The notes beneath the pieces are model-generated. The model had not been told where the DNA came from, made no database searches, and saw only the letters and a list, made by a program, of their open reading frames with translations. Source: a candidate division WWE3 bacterium RAAC2_WWE3_1 (GTDB lineage Bacteria > Patescibacteriota > WWE3 > UBA101185 > UBA10185). From it: a stretch of DNA of 64,000 nucleotides. Made by a program: the position numbers and the translations under genes. Shown piece after piece: positions 7,706-15,600 of this stretch; the first letter of the stretch is position 1; the number at the start of each line of letters is the position of its first letter. The stretch spans positions 239,341 through 303,340 of the forward strand of contig CP006914.1 in NCBI GenBank assembly GCA_000503835.1, in the 5' to 3' direction.

Positions 7706-9061
7706 ATGGTAAATCAACTAAGAGAAAGGAAGAGAAATATGATCGGACTTGTGTTACAGCAGGAATTGTCTAGTGTTGAAAAACCCTTGTATGACTACAT
7801 GGGAAACAAGAAGAACGTGAATAATTATCCGAAAACGATTATTATACCCAATACTGATCAGTTTTTCGGGTTTGGAAGACACGATCTTTTTGAGCGTTCA
7901 AAAGACTACGCCCTTGTACACGGAGAGGATACCTACTATTGGGGAAATTTGACCGAAAAGGGTCTAAAACGAACCGGGGTTGTACACTATTCAAAAAACG
8001 AAGAAGAAGTCATGACGGGACTTGAGGTACCACCTGAAGTATCTTCTTACTACAGGCTGGTAGAGGGAGACGAGGTCGGTGTGGTCGTAAACCACCCGGA
8101 AAAAACCGTTTTCATCTGTTCGGTCAACGGTAGTCAGGAGCCACGTGTCTTTAGGTCTTGGCCACAAAATCTTTCTGAATTTCAGAGCGATTACCCTAAA
8201 AGACCTCTTCTTGTCGAAAAGTTCGGAGACTTTGACCTGCGTGCTATGACCTTGCTTGCCCCGATAGGCTTGGGTTCGAGTTATTGGGTTATAGCTCCGG
8301 GAGGCGCCGGAAAAACGTGGCTTCTTGTTAAGCTTTTAGACGCCTGTTTGAAGCTTTCAAGGGAAGATGACAGTATTTACGTAATGATGGTATATGTTGG
8401 CGACCGGCCTGAGGATGCTTCACAATACATCGAGGTATTTGGAAGAAACAAGAGAGGCCGCGGTGTATTTCACCAAGCCCCATGGAACATAAGCCCCGAT
8501 GCTCAGGTTGATGTTGCGAAGTTCGCGATGAAACGAGCTCACAGGTTGGTGGCTACGGGAAGGCATGTGGTCGTGCTGTTCGATTCCATTAGTCGTACTG
8601 TCGCCGCGCACACAGCGTCGTCATATGTGGACGGTGAAGGAGGTATGATAGGGGGAGGTATATACCGCCAAAGTCTGACCGACATGATCGCTAAACAATT
8701 CGGAACGCACGGTTCATTTGATGAGAAACGGTCTCTAACAATTATAGGCTCCGTTCTTTCTTCATCGGATACCAGAAAAACTTCCGAATCAGCTGTTGAT
8801 CAGGAAACTTCGGATAGTTCTACAACAGGAATTTGCAGGTTGCTAAAAATTCCGACGTCGGAAAGACCGTGGGTATCGGTTAACGAAGGCGAAACCTATA
8901 CGAGATTTCCCAATGGGAGAGATTTCAGAAGCGAGAATCAGCGTCAGGAAATGGAAACGGTTAAGAAATTGATGCGGACAGGTGCCGGGAGCAGGGATTC
9001 TTCGGAGGCGCATAAAATTCTTTTAAAATATGCCAGGGAAAACCCTCTCCCTAAGTACTGA
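7706..9061 (+). CDS. rho: Transcription termination factor Rho (divergent), 451 aa
   Basis: Collinear matches to E. coli Rho across both domains. RNP1-like FFGFGR in the N-terminal OB region (Rho DGFGFLR). DLRAMTLLAPIGLGSSYWVIAPGGAGKTWLL versus [33 protein letters not shown] (Walker A). VMMVYVGDRPEDA versus LMVLLIDERPEEV. VVVLFDSISRTVAAHT versus VIILLDSITRLARAYN (Walker B). SLTIIGSVL versus SLTIIATAL. Confidence 0.65.
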   Translation: MVNQLRERKRNMIGLVLQQELSSVEKPLYDYMGNKKNVNNYPKTIIIPNTDQFFGFGRHDLFERSKDYALVHGEDTYYWGNLTEKGLKRTGVVHYSKNEEEVMTGLEVPPEVSSYYRLVEGDEVGVVVNHPEKTVFICSVNGSQEPRVFRSWPQNLSEFQSDYPKRPLLVEKFGDFDLRAMTLLAPIGLGSSYWVIAPGGAGKTWLLVKLLDACLKLSREDDSIYVMMVYVGDRPEDASQYIEVFGRNKRGRGVFHQAPWNISPDAQVDVAKFAMKRAHRLVATGRHVVVLFDSISRTVAAHTASSYVDGEGGMIGGGIYRQSLTDMIAKQFGTHGSFDEKRSLTIIGSVLSSSDTRKTSESAVDQETSDSSTTGICRLLKIPTSERPWVSVNEGETYTRFPNGRDFRSENQRQEMETVKKLMRTGAGSRDSSEAHKILLKYARENPLPKY

Positions 9062-9096
9062 ACTGAATGTATGAATTGAAAGAACGAGCTTTACTT

Positions 9097-9140
9097 AAGA
9101 GGCAAAGATTAAATGTTTTTGCCTCTTTTTTTATTTTTCC
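9097..9140. terminator. Bidirectional intrinsic terminator between convergent rho-like gene and coiled-coil gene
   Basis: Stem aagaggcaaa / tttgcctctt with an 11-nt loop, flanked by T-run tttttttatttttcc on the plus strand and an A-run on the minus strand. Confidence 0.5.
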
Positions 9141-9550
9141 GGGGATTTGTTTTCGCCGTCGTGAAGTTTGAGGCTTTGTTTCTCCAGATTAGTTATTCTT
9201 CTGTTCATGAAGGCTCTTTCTTCGCGGTTTTCTTTTATTTCCCCAATCATAGCATCAACATTATCGTAGAGTTTGGGAAAGTTTATAGTTCTTGTGTCCA
9301 GCTCTTCGAGTTTTTGTTCTACTTTGAAAAGTCTGTTTAAGATACCGGTTAATGTGTTATTTATTCTAGTTAGTTCTTCAGTTATTCCGCTTACTGTATT
9401 GGTTACCTTAGCTAGCTCTTTAGTTATTTCATCTACTGTATTATTTGTCCTTGCTACTTCTTTCTCCAGCGTCTCCAGCTTGCCTTGTATCACGCCTAAG
9501 ACTTTCTCGACCCTGGATTCAAATGTATTTTCTAGAACAGTGTCTTTCAT
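9131..9550 (-). CDS. Small coiled-coil protein (~139 aa) with three ~11-14-residue T/N-rich heptad-like repeats (NNTVDEITKEL / TNTVSGITEEL / NNTLTGILNRL); co-transcribed downstream of the giant surface protein
   Basis: The ORF track uses a TTG start at 9589; the first ATG is 9550 (MKDTVLEN). Sequence is K/E/L-rich. Same strand as the giant gene with only 69 bp between them. Confidence 0.45.
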   Translation of the reverse strand: MKDTVLENTFESRVEKVLGVIQGKLETLEKEVARTNNTVDEITKELAKVTNTVSGITEELTRINNTLTGILNRLFKVEQKLEELDTRTINFPKLYDNVDAMIGEIKENREERAFMNRRITNLEKQSLKLHDGENKSPEK

Positions 9551-9657
9551 TTGTTTTTCGAAAATAACACAGTGAAGAAAGTTGTTCAATATGTCAGCCT
9601 ATGAAAAACGGAAAAATTGTAAACCAATATTCTAATATGCCCCCAACACAATAAAAG

Positions 9658-12600
9658 CTACTCGCCGAATCTTAATGCGGAATTTTCGTTATATAAAAGT
9701 TTTACAAGTGTGTCATTAAACGCCATGGTGTGTATTGAAACCTCATCGATTTTTCCATCAAAATATCCGCTGCCTGCGGAGTCACGTCCTATATTTAATG
9801 CCGTTGCACTAGTCGACATAACATTGTCGGCCTCAGCCTGAGTTCCCGTGTTTACGCCATTTACGTATATTTTAATATTTGATCCGTCGTAGGTGCAAAA
9901 AACGTGGGACCAGGTACTTGTAGAAAGGGCAGTTGAGGACACGGCGGCCGTCTGCCAGGCTCCGGCATATATCTCGCACTGCGGTTTATTCGAGGAGTCG
10001 GTAGTTAGCCTAAACTCGTTGTTCTTTTGAATTATGGTCTTCGAGGTCGCGGCGGTGGCAGGATTGACCCACGCGCCGAACGAAAAGTTGTTGTATGGCT
10101 GTGAGGTTGCCGAGGTTAAAAGAACGGTGTTAGAGCTAGCAAGATAGTCATCAGTCCCGTCAAAATCCAGACTTCCGTTGAACTTGCCGCTTTCTCCCCC
10201 AAACCACATTTCATTCGCACTCCCCACACATGTCCCTACCGTTGTATTGCCTAATGTTTGAGGATAGATTGTTAAGTTGGTACCGACTGCAGTTCCGTTC
10301 GAGTTCTGTGCTGAATTATTTGCAGTGTTGCCGGAGCATTCGTTAAGTTTGTAGTTATACGTTGCATCACCTCTGTTATATTCCCAGTTTATTTGCTGTG
10401 GGGTACGGGCGTATTTGTACATAACAATGTTGTCGATTTTGCCTTCGAAGTTTGTGTTGCCGGCGGGTTGTGCACCGACGGTGAAGTCGCTCGCGGTTAC
10501 AGGATTCAAGTCTCCGACCGCCGTAAGCGTTCCGCTCTGGGCAGCGCCTCTTTTAATACCGTTGACATAAATGTCGGTATTGGCAGTAGAATCCCGGTCA
10601 ACGACAACTTCCAAATGCACCCACTGGTTGCTGGGAACTGAGGCTGCGTCCGACAACGTAAATTGATCCGTGCCGTCCGATATGTAAAATCTGGGAAGTC
10701 CGGCACTGCTGATGAATAAATAGTAGCCGGGATCGGTTGCTGTAGTAGTGGCTTTCTTGGCAATAACAACGTCGGTACTGACAGGTGGGGCCTTATATAT
10801 CCACGTGGAAATAGAGAAATCTTCGGTGTTGATTGAAAGATCGGCGTTAGTGGGTTCCTGAAGATAATCATCGCCTCCGTCAAAATACCCGGCATAACCG
10901 AACTTCCCGATCTGACCTCCTGTCGGGCCCGAACCTGCCGGACCGGAACGGAGGTTATATTGATTCACCGAAGAATCTAAAACAGAGAGTGTGCTGTCAT
11001 CGTTTATCCAGGAGCCTTCGTCAAATTTCCAATGTCCAAAAGGTGCCTCACACGTCGCCGTATCCCCCGGCACGCAAAACTCGCGATCATACGAATTCGA
11101 GGGGTTTCCGGAACTGTCGGTCGATACAGCGCCCCATTGAGAAGTTTTCGAGTCGTTCAAAAAAAGTTTGGCCCGGTCGGAGCCGATATCAAAATTATAT
11201 ATACTTACTTCGTCTATGGAGCCGTTAAATTTGGACGAGTAATCTTCCCCGCGTCCGCCTATGACCAATGTATTGTCTCCGTTAACGGTACCTGATGCTG
11301 CGATTGTCGTTTTCGAATCGACTAAAAGTCCGTCAATGTAAAGGTCGATTTGGGTATTATCTTTTTTCACCGCAGTTGCATTGTGCCAAAGACCGTCGTA
11401 TAAATCCGTAGGACTTGAGGCCGAAGTGTCCGGGCCCCAAGTTGTGTCATCATCAACACCGAATAAAAGATTCCCCGCAGTGTTGAAATATAATGCGTAG
11501 CCCGCAGTAGTATTTCCTCCTCTTCCGAGCACATATTCTGTGCCGGAAGGATTGGATGAGGAGCTTGATTTGAACCAGAGATTTAAAGCAAAACCGGCGG
11601 CGTTGAATATAAAGGCATTATCGTCTCTCGAGGCATAGTTTGTGCCGTTGGGGTAGAATGCTTTATTAAATTTTCCTGTTACGGTGTATGAAACGGCAGT
11701 CGGAGGGGAGGCCGTAAGGGTTAGGTTTCTGCTATTTCCTGTTCTATCGTAAATCGTTGTTCCCCCACCCTCATCGAAACGCCAAAATCCGAGTGCCGTA
11801 CCCAGAGTTGGGTCGGGAGAAGGGTATTGTGCGTCCAAATCTTTTGTTATCTGAGTTATTTCAGCCGGATAGTTATATATTTTTACATCATCTATTCGAC
11901 CCTTGAATATTTCCCCAGAGCCTCCTACCCATTGGGAACCGTAGGTTTTTCCGATCAAAAGTGGGGCACCGGCAGAATCGATTGTATAGGCTGAGCCATT
12001 TGTTGTTGTATTTTCCAGAACCCCGTTTACATATATTTTTAAGTTTGTTCCGTCGAAGGTACCTGCAAGGTGATACCAGGTGTTGGGGGTCCAGGAGGAT
12101 GTTGTTGAGGCAACGCTTTTTAGTTTAGAAGTGCCGTATTTTGCAATCTGGTTAACAGTTACACCACCAGCTGTGGTAAAAGCTCCACCCACATATAAAT
12201 TCCCGTTATATACTGCGAAAGCGTTGACGGTGCTATCCACCCCCGTTGTCTGTCCGATATTAGAAAACTGATTCGTCTGGTCATTGTATTTTGCAATGTA
12301 GTTAACACTTACTCCTCCCGCCGTGATGAAATATCCCCCCGCATACAAACTCCCGTTATATACTGCGAAAGCGTTGACGGTGCTATCCACCCCCGTTGTC
12401 TGTCCGATATTTGAAAAGGTGTTTGTAGAGTCATTATACTTTGCGATTTTGTTGACACTTATTCCTCCCGCCGTGGTTAAGTCTCCACCCACATACAAAT
12501 TCCCGTTATATACTGCGAGAGTCTGGACGTAGCTATTTACCCCCGTTGTCTGTCCAATATTTGAAAAGGTGTTTGTCTGGTCATTGTACTTTGCAATGTA

Positions 12601-15600
12601 GTTAACCGTCACACCTCCGGCGGTGGTGAAATATCCACCCACATACAGGTTTCCGTTATATACTGCGAGAGTCTGGACTGTGATGCCTACACCTGTAGTC
12701 TGTCCGATATTAGAAAACTGATTCGTCTGGTCATTGTATTTTGCGATACGGTTAACCGTCACACCCCCCGCTGTGGTAAAACCTCCCCCCACATACAGAT
12801 TCTCGTTATATACTGCGAAAGCGTTGACGGTGCTATTCACCCCCGTTGTCTGTCCGATATTAGAAAACTGATTCGTCTGGTCATTGTATTTTGCAATGTA
12901 GTTAACACTTACTCCCCCAGCCGTGGCAAAAGTTCCACCCACATACAGGTTTCCGTTATATACTGTAAGAGCGTTGATGTTACCACTTACCCCCGTTGTC
13001 TGTCCTATATTTGAAAACTGATTCGTCTGGTCGTTGTATTTTGCTATGTAGTTAACACTTACTCCTCCCGCTGTGGTAAATTGACCTCCGACATACAAGT
13101 TTCCGTTATACACAGCGAAAGCCTCGGCAGGCGCTGACACCCCAGTTCCCTGCCCAATACTAGAAAAAGCTTCCGAAGCACTATCATTCACCACAAACTT
13201 AGCCTTCCCGTCCGTCTTATCCAGAAAAAGCTGATAATCCCCCTTGTCAATAACACCCATATTACCGGGCGCTGAGGTAGAAAAACCATTATCCACAGAA
13301 ACCCAAGCTGAAACTGCAATGGATGACGTTGGGGAAATATATGAACTGCTGCTTGTAGTCACAAAATCATTATTCCCGTCAAAGGAAACACCCGATCCGT
13401 ATCTTCCGGGCGCAAATTCTGCGCCTTCGTTTAGGGTTCCCGTGGCACCGTTTCCGCTCACGTCATTTGTAGTAGTTCCTGAGCCTTCTTCAAATTTATA
13501 ATACAGATTTGATGGGGGGGACAGTTCGGCTAAGTTATATATTTCGTCATCGGTTAGTGCTGTATTGTATGTTCTGAAGTCGTCAAGACGGCCTTTGAAA
13601 TTCTCTCCGGAACCTCCGGCCCATTGAGAACCGTAGGTTTTACCCATGTAAAGCGGGGAGGATGATGCTGAAAGTGTAAATGATGACGTGTTTGTTGTGG
13701 TGTTTTCAAGGACACCGTTTATATACATTTTAAGTGTTTTTCCGTCAAAGGTTCCTGTAAGGTGGTACCAGGTGTTTGCCGTGAATGATGCTGTGGTTGA
13801 CGACACAGTTTTAGTGTTGGAGGTGCCGTATTTCGCGATGTAGTTAACACTCACACTTCCAGCTGTGGTAAAGTTTCCACCCACATACAGATTCCCGTTA
13901 TATACTGCAAAAGCGTAGACGGTGCTATTTACCCCCGTTGTCTGTCCAATATTCGAAAACTGATTCGTCTGATCATTGTACTTTGCAATGTAGTTAACAC
14001 TCACACCCCCTGCCGTGGTTAAGTTTCCCCCCACATACAAGTTTCCGTTATACATAGCAAGAGAGTCGACTTCGGTATCTACCCCTGTTGTCTGTCCTAT
14101 ATTAGAAAACTGATTCGTCTGGTCATTGTATTTTGCAATGTAGTTAACACTAACACCTCCTGCCGTGGTAAAGTACCCCCCTACATACAAGTTTCCGTTG
14201 TACACAGTCATGTCGAGAACCATACCATCAACCCCTGTTGTCTGTCCAATATTCGAAAACTGATTCGTCTGGTCATTGTATTTTGCAATGTAGTTAACCG
14301 TCACACCTCCCGCTGTGGAAAATATTCCGCCCACATACAAGTTTCCGTTATATACTGCAAAAGCGTAGACTTCGCCAGCTACCCCTGTTGTCTGTCCTAT
14401 GTTAGAAAACTGATTCGTCTGGTCATTGTATTTTGCAATGTAGTTAACACTAACACCTCCTGCCGTGGTAAAGTACCCCCCTACATACAAGTTTCCGTTA
14501 TATACTGCCAAAGCGCTGACGAAGTTATCTACACCCGTACCCTGTCCTATATTAGAAAAAGCCTTAGCAACGTTGTCATTAACAACCCATTTAGCTTTCC
14601 CGTCTGTTTTATCCATGTAAAACTGGTAATCGCCTTTATCAACAACTCCCATATTAGAAGGAGACGATGTGGAGAAGCCGTCGGTCATTTTTACCCATCC
14701 GGATACTGTGACCTGGGAAGTGGGAGCGAGTGTCGGATTAGAACCCGCTGTTACGTAGTCATCGACGCCGTCAAGAGAAGTTGCGTTAACATACTTACCT
14801 TCGTTCCACGCGGCACTGTTAACAAGTGTTGCCGTGTTGGAATTTCCCGAATAGTCGGCTGATGTTGTACCTGTACCTTCGTCCATCTTCCAATAGCCTG
14901 TTAAACCATCCGACACAAAATTAGTTGAATCATTTCCGAACGCAGCCGACGTTCCGTGCAAAGTGGGGGAGTACTTTATGTTATCGGACCTTATTTCGAC
15001 GAGCGTTCTTTCTTTGGCGTATATTTTGAATTCATCGATGTACCCGTCAAAATTTGAACCGCTGGAACCCGCCCCTATGTTAAGTGTATTTGTTTCGGTA
15101 GCGGGAGATCCGTCACCATTAATGCTGGTTCCTTTTAAAACTCCGTCAACATATATTGATATTTCATCATCAGAATCGTTTGTGTACGCCAGGCTAATCA
15201 AGTGCCATTGATTAAGATTTAACGCGTCATCCACAGTAAGCGTTGCATCAGTTGTTCCGAGGTCTATTTTCGCCGAAAGGTCAACAACCTGATCGTTACT
15301 TCCTGCCGCAAGTCCGAGATAGTTGTTTGCCCCCTTAGAAAATATTTTTCCTGTGTTTGACCCGCCTAGTGTGTTTGCCCGCACCCACATTTGAATCGTG
15401 AAGCCACTGTTTAGTTTTTTTCCAAAGTTGATAGGTTCGTTGTCAGTGACACCTACCACATCGTCAGATCCGTCGAAAACAAGACATCTGCCGCTTACAC
15501 AATATTCATCTGCGGATTGCCAGGAAGGCATGGTAATGTCACTGACAGATAGTGTTTTTAACGATAGAATCGAAGATGAGTAAATATCATTGTTATTAGT

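Noticed and set aside
7706-9061. Interpreting the 451-aa ATPase as a T4SS ATPase (VirB11/VirD4) belonging to the upstream cluster
   Set aside because: Collinear motif matches to Rho in both the N-terminal RNA-binding and C-terminal RecA-like domains are much stronger. A strong terminator separates it from the cluster, and there is no TM domain (needed for VirD4) and no VirB11 signature.
12080-12532. Plus-strand ORFs (63 and 69 aa) and other antisense ORFs inside the giant gene (e.g. 13244-13501, 16115-16337)
   Set aside because: They lie antisense to, or out of frame with, the uninterrupted 8.3 kb minus-strand ORF. Their repeated peptide content simply mirrors the DNA tandem repeats and the Gly-rich (antisense Pro-rich) tracts.
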